64,000 bases of DNA. Source: Acutalibacteraceae bacterium. Its GTDB lineage: Bacteria; Bacillota; Clostridia; Oscillospirales; Acutalibacteraceae. Below, piece by piece: positions 45,143-54,792 of this stretch. Where the stretch lies: NCBI GenBank assembly GCA_045640745.1, contig JAZUFQ010000049.1:724-64723 (forward strand), in the 5' to 3' direction. Numbering within the stretch: the stretch's first letter is position 1; each line of letters starts with the position of its first letter. Made by a program: the position numbers and the translations under genes. The notes under the pieces were generated by a model, which worked only from the letters and a program-made list of their open reading frames with translations, had not been told where the DNA came from and ran no database searches.

Positions 45143-46930
45143 TTATTCTTCTTTTTGTGTAACAGCTATTGCCAAATCGTCAAGCTGTTTTATATCAACA
45201 TTAGACGGGGCTCCCGACATAAGCTCGCTTGAATTTGCAACCTTCGGGAATGCGATAACATCACGGATTGTATCGGCACCGCACATAAGCATACAAAGTC
45301 TGTCAAGACCGATACCCATACCGCCGTGCGGAGGAGCGCCGTACTTAAACGCACCGGTAAGGAATCCGAACTTTTCTTCCGCCTCTTTATCCGAAAGTCC
45401 TAATGCCCTGAACATATGTGCTTGAAGCTCGGGGTCGGTAATACGGATAGAACCGCTTGAAAGTTCAACGCCGTTAAGTACAAGGTCATAGGCATCTGCA
45501 AATACCTTTTCGGGATTTGAGTCAAGATATGGGATACATTCGTCAAGAGGAGAGGTGAACGGGTGGTGCATAGCATCGTAGTTTCCTGTTTCCTCGTTGT
45601 ACTCAAAGAACGGGAATTCGGTAATCCAAAGGAAATTGTTTTGCTCTTTCGGTATAATGTCAAGCTTTTTGGCAACCGTTAAACGCAAAGCACCGAGAAC
45701 CGACAAAGCGGTATTTTTCTTGTCGGCAACAATTAAAGCAACATCGCCCTTTTTCATATCAAGGCGCTCGTAAATTGCCTTCATTTCGTCTTCGGTCATA
45801 AATTTTGAGAATGAGCAGGTCGGCTCGTCCTCAACCCAACGGATAAATGCAAGTCCCTTTGCGCCGATACCTTTGGCGTCCTCCGTTAACTTGTCAATTT
45901 CTTTACGGGTGTAAACGCCAGAAGCATTTACGGCATTTATGGCACGGACGGTACCGCCGTTTTTAACCGTGTCGGCAAAAACACCGAAACCGCAGTTTTC
46001 TACAATATCCGAAAGGTCTTTGATTTTCATTTCAAAACGGGTGTCGGGCTTGTCCGAACCGTAATCGTTCATAGCGTCGGTATAAGTAAGACGGGGGAGC
46101 GGAGTCGGAACATCAATATCCAAAACTTCCTTATAGAGCCGTTTTATATAACCCTCGGCAATCTTAAACACATCTTCCTTTTCAACAAAGGACATTTCAA
46201 GGTCAACTTGGGTAAATTCGGGCTGTCTGTCGGCACGCAAATCTTCATCACGGTAGCAACGGGCAATTTGCATATATCTGTCAAAGCCCGAAAGCATAAG
46301 CAACTGTTTATACATTTGGGGCGACTGGGGAAGAGCAAAGAAACTGCCCTTATGTATACGGGAGGGAACAAGATAATCTCTTGCGCCCTCGGGCGTTGAT
46401 TTTATAAGCGTAGGTGTTTCAATCTCGATAAATCCGTTTTCGTCAAAATAGTCCCGTGTAACCTTAACAATGCGGTGGCGCATTAAAATGTTATCTTTTA
46501 GCGGAGTACGGCGTAAATCCAAATAACGGTATTTGAGGCGTAATTCTTCGTTTGCGTTGCTGTCGGGCAAAATTTCAAACGGCGGAGTTAGCGACTCGCC
46601 CAAAACTTTAAGCTCGTTTACCTCGATTTCAATTTCACCCGTTGCAATTTCGGTGTTTATTGACGAGCGCATTCGAACTTTTCCCTTCGCCATAATGACA
46701 TATTCGCTTCTTAAAACGAAAGCTTTGTCAAAGACCGACTTTTCGGTTTTATCGTCAAAGGCAAGCTGGATAATACCCGTTCTGTCCCTAAGGTCGATAA
46801 AAATAAGTCCGCCTAAATCTCTTTGGCGTGCTATCCAACCGCAAACTACAACCTCTTTGCCGATAGATTCTTTTGTAAGCGTTCCGCAGTAGTCGGTACG
46901 CTTCATTCCGTTCATTCTATCAAGTTTCAA
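45143..46930 (-). CDS. aspS: Aspartate--tRNA ligase
   Basis: N-terminal OB-fold domain (GWIARQRDLGGLIFIDLRD) and class II motifs (FRDEDLRADRQPEF, GGMGIGLDRL). The start is ambiguous: TTG 46930 with AGAGG 8 nt upstream is preferred, and alternatives are GTG 46939, ATG 46915 and ATG 46906. Confidence 0.9.
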   Translation of the reverse strand: MKLDRMNGMKRTDYCGTLTKESIGKEVVVCGWIARQRDLGGLIFIDLRDRTGIIQLAFDDKTEKSVFDKAFVLRSEYVIMAKGKVRMRSSINTEIATGEIEIEVNELKVLGESLTPPFEILPDSNANEELRLKYRYLDLRRTPLKDNILMRHRIVKVTRDYFDENGFIEIETPTLIKSTPEGARDYLVPSRIHKGSFFALPQSPQMYKQLLMLSGFDRYMQIARCYRDEDLRADRQPEFTQVDLEMSFVEKEDVFKIAEGYIKRLYKEVLDIDVPTPLPRLTYTDAMNDYGSDKPDTRFEMKIKDLSDIVENCGFGVFADTVKNGGTVRAINAVNASGVYTRKEIDKLTEDAKGIGAKGLAFIRWVEDEPTCSFSKFMTEDEMKAIYERLDMKKGDVALIVADKKNTALSVLGALRLTVAKKLDIIPKEQNNFLWITEFPFFEYNEETGNYDAMHHPFTSPLDECIPYLDSNPEKVFADAYDLVLNGVELSSGSIRITDPELQAHMFRALGLSDKEAEEKFGFLTGAFKYGAPPHGGMGIGLDRLCMLMCGADTIRDVIAFPKVANSSELMSGAPSNVDIKQLDDLAIAVTQKEE

Positions 46931-46948
46931 AAGAAACACCTCTAAAAA

Positions 46949-48262
46949 TTATTTATTGTTAAATACGGAGTCGGTTAAATCGTTTAGAGCCGATTTATTG
47001 ATAAGGGATAAAAGCTCGTCCGAAATGTCATCAATAGCAATTTCGGTGGTTTCACCGTCAGTCATATTTTTAATAATTGCCTTATTGCTTGTCAGTTCAT
47101 TATCGCCCAAAACGAGGGTGAATTTAGCGCCGATTTTATCGGCATATTTCATTTGCGCTTTAAGACCTCTTCCGCAAACATCGGTTTGCGCTTCAAATCC
47201 GTCAAAACGAAGCTTTGAACAAAGCTTTGTTGCTTCATATCCTGCCGATTCGCCCATTGGCGCTATATATAAATCGCAGGTTGTATCACTCGGAATTTCG
47301 GTGCCTTGGTTTTCGAGCAATAATAAAAGCCGTTCGATACCGAGCCCAAAGCCCAAAGCAGGCGTCGGATTTCCGCCCATCTGCTCTACAAGGCCGTCGT
47401 ATCTTCCGCCGCCGCAAACGGTTGACTGAGCGCCTATATCACCCGAAACAAATTCAAAAACAGTTCTTGTGTAATAGTCAAGTCCTCTTACAATCTGCGG
47501 ATTAACGGTGTATTTAAGCCCTGCGCTGTCAAGATGCTTTTTAACACCATCAAAATGTTCTTTACAGTCGTCGCAAAGAAAATCTATTACCTTTGGAGCA
47601 TTTTCGGCGAGTTTTGAGCATACGGGAGATTTACAGTCAAGAATACGCATAGGATTTCTTGATAGTCGGTCCTTGCAGGTATCGCAAAGCTCGTCTATAT
47701 TCTTTTCGAAATATTCTTTAAGCGCCTTTTGATAGTTCTTTCGGCAGGTAGGACAGCCGATAGAGTTAATTTGAAGCTCGGTCTTTTTAACACCCAAAGT
47801 GTTAAGCACCTGATTTGCAACGCCGATAACCTCGGCATCGGCGGCAGGGGAAGATGCCCCTATACATTCAATTCCAAACTGATGGAATTCACGAAGCCGT
47901 CCTGCCTGCGGTTTTTCGTAACGGTAACAACCGCCTATATAACAAACCTTTTCGGGCAGTGCATCATAAATAAGACCGTGTTCAATACTGCTTCTTATAA
48001 CACCTGCCGTAAGTTCGGGACGAAGAGTAATCGAGCGTCCGCCCTTATCGTCAAAGGTATACATTTCTTTTTGAACAACATCGGTTGTATCGCCGACATT
48101 TCTCGAAAAAACCTCGGTATGCTCAAATACGGGGACACGGATTTCTCTGTAACCGAAAAGCCGTGCGGTATCGAGCATTATTTTTTCAACAAACTGAATT
48201 TTATAAGATTCTTTCGGAAGAATATCGTTTGTTCCCTTTATAGCGTGGTTTATTTCACCCAT
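46949..48262 (-). CDS. hisS: Histidine--tRNA ligase
   Basis: Class II motifs (RYEKPQAGRLREFHQ, GGGRYDGL) and a C-terminal anticodon-binding domain. 437 aa. Confidence 0.9.
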   Translation of the reverse strand: MGEINHAIKGTNDILPKESYKIQFVEKIMLDTARLFGYREIRVPVFEHTEVFSRNVGDTTDVVQKEMYTFDDKGGRSITLRPELTAGVIRSSIEHGLIYDALPEKVCYIGGCYRYEKPQAGRLREFHQFGIECIGASSPAADAEVIGVANQVLNTLGVKKTELQINSIGCPTCRKNYQKALKEYFEKNIDELCDTCKDRLSRNPMRILDCKSPVCSKLAENAPKVIDFLCDDCKEHFDGVKKHLDSAGLKYTVNPQIVRGLDYYTRTVFEFVSGDIGAQSTVCGGGRYDGLVEQMGGNPTPALGFGLGIERLLLLLENQGTEIPSDTTCDLYIAPMGESAGYEATKLCSKLRFDGFEAQTDVCGRGLKAQMKYADKIGAKFTLVLGDNELTSNKAIIKNMTDGETTEIAIDDISDELLSLINKSALNDLTDSVFNNK

Positions 48263-48287
48263 TTGTATTTTCCTTTCTCAGAAAAGG

Positions 48288-48689
48288 TTATTTTTCCCTG
48301 ACTATTTCACGCCAGTCGAAGTCGCCTCTTTCAAGACCGTGAATTAAAACCTCGGCGGTGGCGATATTGGTTGCAACGGGGATATTATGAATATCGCAAA
48401 GACGCAAAAGCTCGTTGCTGTCTGTCTGAACCTTTGTGGTGTTGTTGGTATCTCTGAATAAAAGTATCAGGTCAATTTCGTCGCAACCGATACGGGAAGA
48501 GATTTGTTGAGTTCCGCCTTGCGAGCCACCCAAAAATCCGGTGATATTAAGTCCCGTTGCCTCGGAAATTACCTTGGCGGTAGAACCGGTGGCAACAAGA
48601 TTGTAACGGTTAAGTATTCCGCAATACGCTATACAAAATTGAATCATCAATTCCTTTTTAGCATCCTCTGCGATAAGGGCAATAGTCAT
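48288..48689 (-). CDS. Methylglyoxal-synthase-like (MGS fold) protein with substituted catalytic residues
   Basis: 133 aa, alignable by eye over its full length to MgsA (IALIAxD, ATGST, GGxQQ, LLRLCDIHNIPVATN). The positions of E. coli His19, Asp71 and His98 read Glu, Thr and Val. SD AAGGAGA. Confidence 0.7.
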   Translation of the reverse strand: MTIALIAEDAKKELMIQFCIAYCGILNRYNLVATGSTAKVISEATGLNITGFLGGSQGGTQQISSRIGCDEIDLILLFRDTNNTTKVQTDSNELLRLCDIHNIPVATNIATAEVLIHGLERGDFDWREIVREK

Positions 48690-48701
48690 AATAAATTCTC
48701 C

Positions 48702-49427
48702 TTAAATATTTTTAGGACGGGGCAGGGCGATATCTTCACCCATTAAGCGTCCGGCTATACGGTTTAATGCCTTAATTGTTCTGCCCCGCTTTTTGATTTT
48801 GCCGTAAACGGGGAAGAATTTAAGGTCGGGCATATCGGGAATTATTCCGATAAGTCTTATGGTAGAGCAGTCAATCATACTGTCGATATTTTTATAAGTG
48901 CGGTTCATAACAAGCTCAACATCAAATTTGTTTATAATTAAAAATGTTTTTTTGTTTATAAGCTTTTGCTTTACAATCGAAGCGTCTTTAAGAGATAACG
49001 GGTCGGAATTTGTAACGCAAATATAGTTTATATCGTCTATGTCTTTTGTAAGCTCAAAATCAAGTCCTGCCGAATGGTCGAAAATAATAATATCGAATTT
49101 TGTTTTGCAAAAACCGACAAAATCCGCAAACTTTTCTTTGTCTATGCTTTTTTCCTGCGGCGGGGAGGGCACTATGCAAATCTTACCGCCGTACTGTTCG
49201 GGGTAATAAAAAGCATTTTCATAAATACCGCTTTCGATTGAATCGGACAGGTCGAAAATAACATCTTTTTCAACACCGAAATAGGTGTCAAGACATTTAA
49301 GACCTTTATCGAGGTCAACAAGCAAAACACTTTTGCGCATTCTCGAAAAAGCTATTGCCAATCCGCTTGAAACGGTAGATTTTCCGGTGCCGCCTTTACC
49401 GGAAACAACGGCAAGACATAAACTCAT
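48702..49427 (-). CDS. MinD/ParA-family P-loop ATPase (MinD-like, no C-terminal amphipathic helix)
   Basis: The deviant Walker A SGKGGTGKST, and DLDKGLKCLD (compare MinD DxDxGLRNLD). AGGAGA lies 6 nt upstream of ATG 49427. The protein ends ...RLMGEDIALPRPKNI with no membrane-targeting sequence. Confidence 0.7.
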   Translation of the reverse strand: MSLCLAVVSGKGGTGKSTVSSGLAIAFSRMRKSVLLVDLDKGLKCLDTYFGVEKDVIFDLSDSIESGIYENAFYYPEQYGGKICIVPSPPQEKSIDKEKFADFVGFCKTKFDIIIFDHSAGLDFELTKDIDDINYICVTNSDPLSLKDASIVKQKLINKKTFLIINKFDVELVMNRTYKNIDSMIDCSTIRLIGIIPDMPDLKFFPVYGKIKKRGRTIKALNRIAGRLMGEDIALPRPKNI

Positions 49428-49451
49428 AATATATCTCCTAAACAAATCAAA

Positions 49452-49480
49452 ATTTTACCATAAAATTTTATAATTGTCAA
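49452..49480 (-). promoter_or_regulatory. Sigma-A-type promoter upstream of the minD-like gene
   Basis: - strand TTGACA, 17 nt, TAAAAT, between the pbp2 stop and the minD-like start. Confidence 0.55.
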
Positions 49481-49497
49481 ATAAATGTGGCACTTTT

Positions 49498-51471
49498 TTA
49501 CCCTAAAACAGTATAAGGTATCGTTTCGGGCTTTGCATTATCAACCGAAGTAAAATAAGCATCAAGAAGTGTTCTTACAAGAGTACCCGACGAATAACCC
49601 GAATTTCCGTGTTCAAGAACAACCGAAACGGCTATTTTCGGGTCATCAAAAGGTGCAAAAACGATAAATGTACTGTGGTCGGCACCGTTGTTTACCTGTG
49701 ATGTACCCGTTTTTCCGCCTATCTTAATCGGATAGTCGCCGAGCGCCGCTCTTCCGGTACCGTCAACCGTAACCGAAAGCATACCCTCTTTAATGGCGTT
49801 TTGGGTTGCGGGCTTTATTGAAACAGTGTTAAGCACTTCGGGTTTGCCGTCAAAATAAATCTTTGACATATCATAAGAAGAAATTTGTTTAATAAGCGAT
49901 GCTTTATAGTGCGTTCCGCCGTTTGCAAAGGTAGCGCCGTAGTTTGCGAGCTGTAACGGTGTAAAGGCATTTAACTGACCTATTGAAATTTGAAGCGTAT
50001 CACCGCCGAAGCCGTTGCTTTTAGGTTCCGTAAGTATACCTGCGCTGTCGTCAACCTCAACGCCCGTTTTAACACCTAATCCAAACTGCTTAAAATAATC
50101 GGTAAGTGTCATAGCGCCGACTCTTCTTCCAAGCTCAAAAAAGAAATAGTTACAGCTTTTTGAAAGAGCGGTTTTAAGATTTATTACACCGTGCCTATGC
50201 ATACACGAGGGCTTATAATCTTCAAAATAACTGTATGTATGAACGCAGTTTATACATTCGCCTAAACTGTACTTGTTATTTTCTATTGCGGCAGTAGCAA
50301 CAATCGGTTTAATCGTAGAACCTATCGGATACACACCGCAAAAAGCACGGTTTGTAAGCGGAGAATTAGCATTAGGCGAAACAAGACTTTCGTAGTTTTC
50401 GGCAAGCGTTGCGCTGTCATAGGTCGGGAAATTTGCCGCACATAATACCTTACCGGAGTTTACTTCAACCATAACGGCGGCGCCGCCCGTACAGGTCGGC
50501 AGGGAATATACGGTGTCCTTTAATGCGTCCTGTGCGGTGCGCTGAATTCGTTTATCGAGCGATAACATAACGGTTTTGCCCGAAATCGGTTTTTTTGTTA
50601 CAACACTTTCGAGAACATTTCCGTTTGCATCAAGATAATATGTTATTTCCCCGTCTTTTCCACGGAGATATTTTTCGGCATAGTATTCAATTCCGCTTTT
50701 GCCGACTTTATCGTTAAAGGAGTACCCACGGTCTTTATATTTTTCGCCGTCGTCCCAATCGTCCTCAAAAATAGGCCCCACTGTACCTATAAGGTTTACG
50801 GCAAGCGAGGTGTCGGGGTATTCACGGAAAGGCACGATTTCAACACTTACCCCCGAAAGCATAAATCCCGATTCGGAGATTTTGCGCATTAGTTCGGTAG
50901 GTATATCCTCGGCAAAGGTGTAAGGGTAGGAAACCGAAAAATCGGATATTTGCATAGAATACCGTACACCCATAATGAGGCGCCTGTCAGCAGGAGAATA
51001 TTTTGATAAATCGTATTCCTTTATCATTTGGTCAACGCAGTTTTGCGCCGTTGCATAGTGTGCAAGGTCAAATGTTTTAAGAAGCTTATCTGTGTTTTCG
51101 TCCTCGATAAACGAATATGGCTCACTTTGGCTTATGGGGAGCTTATCAACATAGGGAAGATTATTTTCTCTTAACAGTTTAACAAGAGAAAGAATAACGC
51201 CGTTAAGGTTGTCCTTAACATAAGCTTTGTTAAAAACTATATTGTAGCCGTCACGGTTTACGGCAATTTTTCTGCCGTTGCAGTCGATAATTTCACCCCG
51301 TGGCGCCTTAATAACGGCGGTAAGGGTTGAGGTGCTTCCGGCTACCGTAGAGTATTCGTCGGCTTTTTTAACCTGAACATAATAAAGCCGTGCAGTATAA
51401 ATGAGTAAAAGAACGACAAGAAGAACAGAAAGTATTGTAAGCGGAGTTTGTCTTTTCTTATTAAAAGGCAC
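49498..51471 (-). CDS. mrdA: Class B penicillin-binding protein 2 (elongation transpeptidase)
   Basis: N-terminal TM segment, STIKP (SxxK), SKSCN (SxN) and KTGTS (KTG). Located after mreD. GTG start with GAGGTGA upstream. Confidence 0.85.
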   Translation of the reverse strand: MPFNKKRQTPLTILSVLLVVLLLIYTARLYYVQVKKADEYSTVAGSTSTLTAVIKAPRGEIIDCNGRKIAVNRDGYNIVFNKAYVKDNLNGVILSLVKLLRENNLPYVDKLPISQSEPYSFIEDENTDKLLKTFDLAHYATAQNCVDQMIKEYDLSKYSPADRRLIMGVRYSMQISDFSVSYPYTFAEDIPTELMRKISESGFMLSGVSVEIVPFREYPDTSLAVNLIGTVGPIFEDDWDDGEKYKDRGYSFNDKVGKSGIEYYAEKYLRGKDGEITYYLDANGNVLESVVTKKPISGKTVMLSLDKRIQRTAQDALKDTVYSLPTCTGGAAVMVEVNSGKVLCAANFPTYDSATLAENYESLVSPNANSPLTNRAFCGVYPIGSTIKPIVATAAIENNKYSLGECINCVHTYSYFEDYKPSCMHRHGVINLKTALSKSCNYFFFELGRRVGAMTLTDYFKQFGLGVKTGVEVDDSAGILTEPKSNGFGGDTLQISIGQLNAFTPLQLANYGATFANGGTHYKASLIKQISSYDMSKIYFDGKPEVLNTVSIKPATQNAIKEGMLSVTVDGTGRAALGDYPIKIGGKTGTSQVNNGADHSTFIVFAPFDDPKIAVSVVLEHGNSGYSSGTLVRTLLDAYFTSVDNAKPETIPYTVLG

Positions 51472-51476
51472 CTATT

Positions 51477-51974
51477 TCACCTCGATGAGCTGTGTAATTT
51501 CTTTTCAAAAAAGTAAAGCACTGCCGAAAAAACGGCGGTAAGCACTGCTGACGGGACAGATGTTTTGAGTAAAAACTCAAAGAAACCGTCAAATCCTACG
51601 GCAACGTTAAAAACAAAGAATTTTATAATGTTAAAAAGTAAAGTCGAAAGCAGGGAAAGAACTAAACAGGAACGGATATTGTTGTTAAATAAGTAATGCG
51701 AAATAAGGGCTACAAAAAGGGCAATAATCGGGAATATAATGGAATTAAAGCCCAACCCCGTGCTTGAAACGGAATCAACGAAAATCCCTGTTATTACACC
51801 GATAATTACCGCCCCGAGCTCCGTAGAAAACATAGCTACGGTAACTAAAAATCCAAGCGGAAGAAAGGGCAAAACACCAAGGTACTTTGTTCCGAAAATA
51901 CCGCAGTATTCGATACAAAATAAAACAACAGCAATAATAATATTTATAAGTACGGTTTTGTTTTTACTTTGCAT
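51477..51974 (-). CDS. mreD: Rod shape-determining protein MreD
   Basis: ~166-aa polytopic membrane protein directly after mreC. GGAGGA lies 5 nt upstream of ATG 51974. Confidence 0.75.
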   Translation of the reverse strand: MQSKNKTVLINIIIAVVLFCIEYCGIFGTKYLGVLPFLPLGFLVTVAMFSTELGAVIIGVITGIFVDSVSSTGLGFNSIIFPIIALFVALISHYLFNNNIRSCLVLSLLSTLLFNIIKFFVFNVAVGFDGFFEFLLKTSVPSAVLTAVFSAVLYFFEKKLHSSSR

Positions 51975-51975
51975 A

Positions 51976-52833
51976 TCAGTCCTCCGGCTTAATTGTTTCG
52001 CCCTGACCTTCAAACGAAGTAATAACCATTACATTTCGGATTTTCAAAAAATCGGCGAAAGGAACAATATCGGCGTAGATAGACGAATTATTATTGCCTG
52101 TCCCTACATTTTTTACATAACCGATAAGCAAACCGTCGGGGAATACACCCTCGCCCGATGTTACAACATAGTCGCCGAGTGCAACACCGCTTGTCTTGGA
52201 TAAATTACTGAAACGGCATTCCTTATCCTTTGCAAGCTTTATGTTACCGCTTACAATTCCCGAATCACTTGTACGGCTGTCGAGAGCGCCGAGTGTTATA
52301 TCGGGAGAAAGTATGGTTGAAACCTTTGCGGTTGTTGTTCCGACCTCGGTTATATAGCCTACAAGACCGTCTTCCGTAATAACGGGGTCATAGACCTTTA
52401 TTTTGGAAAGCGAGCCCTTATTTATTGTAAAACCGCAGTATAGGTCGGCTTTATCCCTTGAAATTACGGTTGCAGGCGCAAAGGTAAAGTCGTTGTTTTG
52501 TTCTTTTATTCCGAGATAATTTTTATAAAAATCGTTGTCTGCTTTAATCTTTTGATAGTCGGCAACTTTTTTTCTGAGTGAGCTTAATTCTTCGTTTAAT
52601 TCGGAATTTTTAAGCAAAAGCTCGTTCCCGTCCTTATAGGCGGTAACGAAATCCTTAATTTCGTTTGAAACGGCAGTATAAGCACTGCGGAAAGGCGCCG
52701 TTATTATTCCGGCAACATCGGAATAAGGTGCCATTCTTTTTGCGGTAAGTCCGAAAGCGAGAGAAATAACAAGCACTGCCGAAATAACCGTGGCAATTAT
52801 TCTGAACTGCCTTGTGCGAAAGAAAAATCGCAT
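51976..52833 (-). CDS. mreC: Rod shape-determining protein MreC
   Basis: N-terminal TM segment, a coiled-coil (NELLLKNSELNEELSSLRKKVADYQ) and beta-barrel domains. Lies between mreB and mreD. Confidence 0.85.
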   Translation of the reverse strand: MRFFFRTRQFRIIATVISAVLVISLAFGLTAKRMAPYSDVAGIITAPFRSAYTAVSNEIKDFVTAYKDGNELLLKNSELNEELSSLRKKVADYQKIKADNDFYKNYLGIKEQNNDFTFAPATVISRDKADLYCGFTINKGSLSKIKVYDPVITEDGLVGYITEVGTTTAKVSTILSPDITLGALDSRTSDSGIVSGNIKLAKDKECRFSNLSKTSGVALGDYVVTSGEGVFPDGLLIGYVKNVGTGNNNSSIYADIVPFADFLKIRNVMVITSFEGQGETIKPED

Positions 52834-52848
52834 TTTGATTCCTCCGTT

Positions 52849-53868
52849 TTATCTGAAACGTTTACCTCTGCGGAAAACATAATTATCAAATCCGCTTCCG
52901 CCTTCAAGCCGTTTTGCTGTTCCCAAAACTACGCAGTCAAGCGGATTAAGCGCTACCGAAACGGGAATTCCCGTTTCTTCGGCAACAAGTTCGGCAAATC
53001 CACGAAGCAACGCTCCGCCGCCCGTAATGGTTATGCCCTTATCTATAATATCAGCCGAAAGTTCAGGCGGAGTCTTTTCAAGTGTTGAGCGAATGGCGTC
53101 AATTATTTGGGAAATTGAGTCTGCCATAGCATCTCTTACCTCTTTTGAGGTGATGACAACATTTTTAGGAAGACCGTCAACAAGATTTCGGCCCTTTATT
53201 TCAATCTCGGTTTCGTTTTCGTAAGGTTTAGCCGAGCCGATTTCTATTTTAATTATTTCGGCGGTTCTTTCGCCGATTAAAAGATTATGCTTTTTTCGTA
53301 TGTAGTTTATTATAGCTTCGTCAAGCGCATTTCCGGCAACCCTTATAGACTGTGCCGTAACAATATCGCCGAGCGAAATAACGGCAATTTCACTTGTACC
53401 GCCACCGACATCGACTATCATAGAGCCGGAGGCGTCCCAAATCGGAAGTCCGGCACCGACGGCGGCAGCCATTGATTCTTCAACAAGGTCAATATCGGTA
53501 GCACCTGCCTGCTTTGCGGCATCGTAAACAGCACGGCTTTCAACCTCGGTAATTCCCGTAGGAATACAAATCACCATTCTTACTCTTGAAAAGAAAGACC
53601 CTTTAAGTGCCTCGCTTACAAATCTTTTAAGCATTGCCGTTGTAACATCAAAGTCGGCAATAACACCGTCTTTAAGCGGTCTTACCGCAACAATGGAACC
53701 GGGGGTACGGCCTATCATTTCCTTTGCTTCGGTACCTACGGCACGGACGGCATCGTTTTTAACATCGTATGCAACAACCGAGGGTTCCCGCATTATTATT
53801 CCTTTTCCCTTTACGCAAACAAGTGTGTTTGATGTGCCGAGGTCAACACCTATATCTCTTGTGAACAT
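52849..53868 (-). CDS. mreB: Rod shape-determining protein MreB
   Basis: IGVDLGTSNTLV, VICIPTGITEVE, DVGGGTSEIAV and ITGGGALL actin-fold motifs. SD AAGGAG. Confidence 0.95.
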   Translation of the reverse strand: MFTRDIGVDLGTSNTLVCVKGKGIIMREPSVVAYDVKNDAVRAVGTEAKEMIGRTPGSIVAVRPLKDGVIADFDVTTAMLKRFVSEALKGSFFSRVRMVICIPTGITEVESRAVYDAAKQAGATDIDLVEESMAAAVGAGLPIWDASGSMIVDVGGGTSEIAVISLGDIVTAQSIRVAGNALDEAIINYIRKKHNLLIGERTAEIIKIEIGSAKPYENETEIEIKGRNLVDGLPKNVVITSKEVRDAMADSISQIIDAIRSTLEKTPPELSADIIDKGITITGGGALLRGFAELVAEETGIPVSVALNPLDCVVLGTAKRLEGGSGFDNYVFRRGKRFR

Positions 53869-53888
53869 ATATAAAAACTCCTTATTTT

Positions 53889-54782
53889 TTAATCTTTATC
53901 GGGGACTATAAGTTCTATTGCCGAATGGACATTTTCGGCAACGGTTTCGTCCTGCCCCTCACAAAATTCGCCGTCAAGCGTCCAAGGGATAGATGTATCA
54001 CCGTAAACCGTAATTTTTTTCGTATGGAAAAATTCTATTCCCTCTCGGTCTAAATCTTTTTTGAGAATTCCGTCAATATAACTTTGAAGCTGGGCGATAT
54101 TTGCAGGTTTTTTAATAAGCAACACTTCAAAAATACCGTCGTCAAGCTTGACAAGGGTTTTTTGGAATTTAACAATTCCGCCTACCGACATTGAGTTTGA
54201 AATGGCACCGAATAAATAATCGCCCTCGTATTCCTTATCGTCGGTTTTGAATTTTAAGTGAAGCGGTTTTATGTTGGCAAGACTTTTAATTCCCTCAAAA
54301 AAGTATGCCGACTGACCTAAAACATTTTTAATATCCTGCGGTGCCGAATATGAAGCGTCGGTAAAAGCGCCGAATGAAGCGGTATATGAAAAATATTTAT
54401 CACCGAATTTACCTATATCAAGTGTGATTTTCTTGCCGTTTAATATATCCGAGGCGGCAGTCGGTATTATTCTTGAAATACCGAGACCGCTCGACCATTC
54501 GTTAAGTGTACCCGACGGAATATAACCGAGAGTTATTTTCTTGTTTGCAAGCATAAGTCCCGTAATAACCTCGTTAAGTGTTCCGTCTCCGCCGCAGACA
54601 ACAATCATACTGAATTCGTTATCTTTAATGCGTTTTACTCTTTCGGTGGCATCGCATCGGCATTTTGTTATATAAACCGTAACATCATATTTTCCCGAAA
54701 GAATTTCGGTAACCTCTAATAATTCACTGCGCATTTTTGCACGGCCTGATTTAGGATTTACAATAAGTAATAACTTTTCCAT
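53889..54782 (-). CDS. dagK: Diacylglycerol kinase-family lipid kinase (YegS/BmrU/DagK)
   Basis: LLIVNPKSGR and VVCGGDGTLNEV motifs. The ATG at 54782 follows AAGGAGAA. Confidence 0.8.
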   Translation of the reverse strand: MEKLLLIVNPKSGRAKMRSELLEVTEILSGKYDVTVYITKCRCDATERVKRIKDNEFSMIVVCGGDGTLNEVITGLMLANKKITLGYIPSGTLNEWSSGLGISRIIPTAASDILNGKKITLDIGKFGDKYFSYTASFGAFTDASYSAPQDIKNVLGQSAYFFEGIKSLANIKPLHLKFKTDDKEYEGDYLFGAISNSMSVGGIVKFQKTLVKLDDGIFEVLLIKKPANIAQLQSYIDGILKKDLDREGIEFFHTKKITVYGDTSIPWTLDGEFCEGQDETVAENVHSAIELIVPDKD

Positions 54783-54792
54783 TGTTTTCTCC

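Noticed and set aside
45075-45425. A 116-aa + strand ORF running from the end of degV through the terminator into aspS.
   Set aside because: It crosses a perfect bidirectional terminator and is antisense to the conserved aspS C-terminus.
48263-48287. An expected T-box leader upstream of hisS-aspS, and likewise upstream of alaS at 58927-58965.
   Set aside because: The gaps are only about 25 nt and about 40 nt, and no T-box sequence (GGUGGUACCGCG-like) occurs there. The absence is noted in the findings instead.
46956-48301. Several + strand ORFs (157, 96, 74 and 190 aa) opposite hisS.
   Set aside because: They are fully nested in the well-supported hisS CDS on the other strand, and their translations are Ser/Arg/Leu-rich nonsense without start signals.
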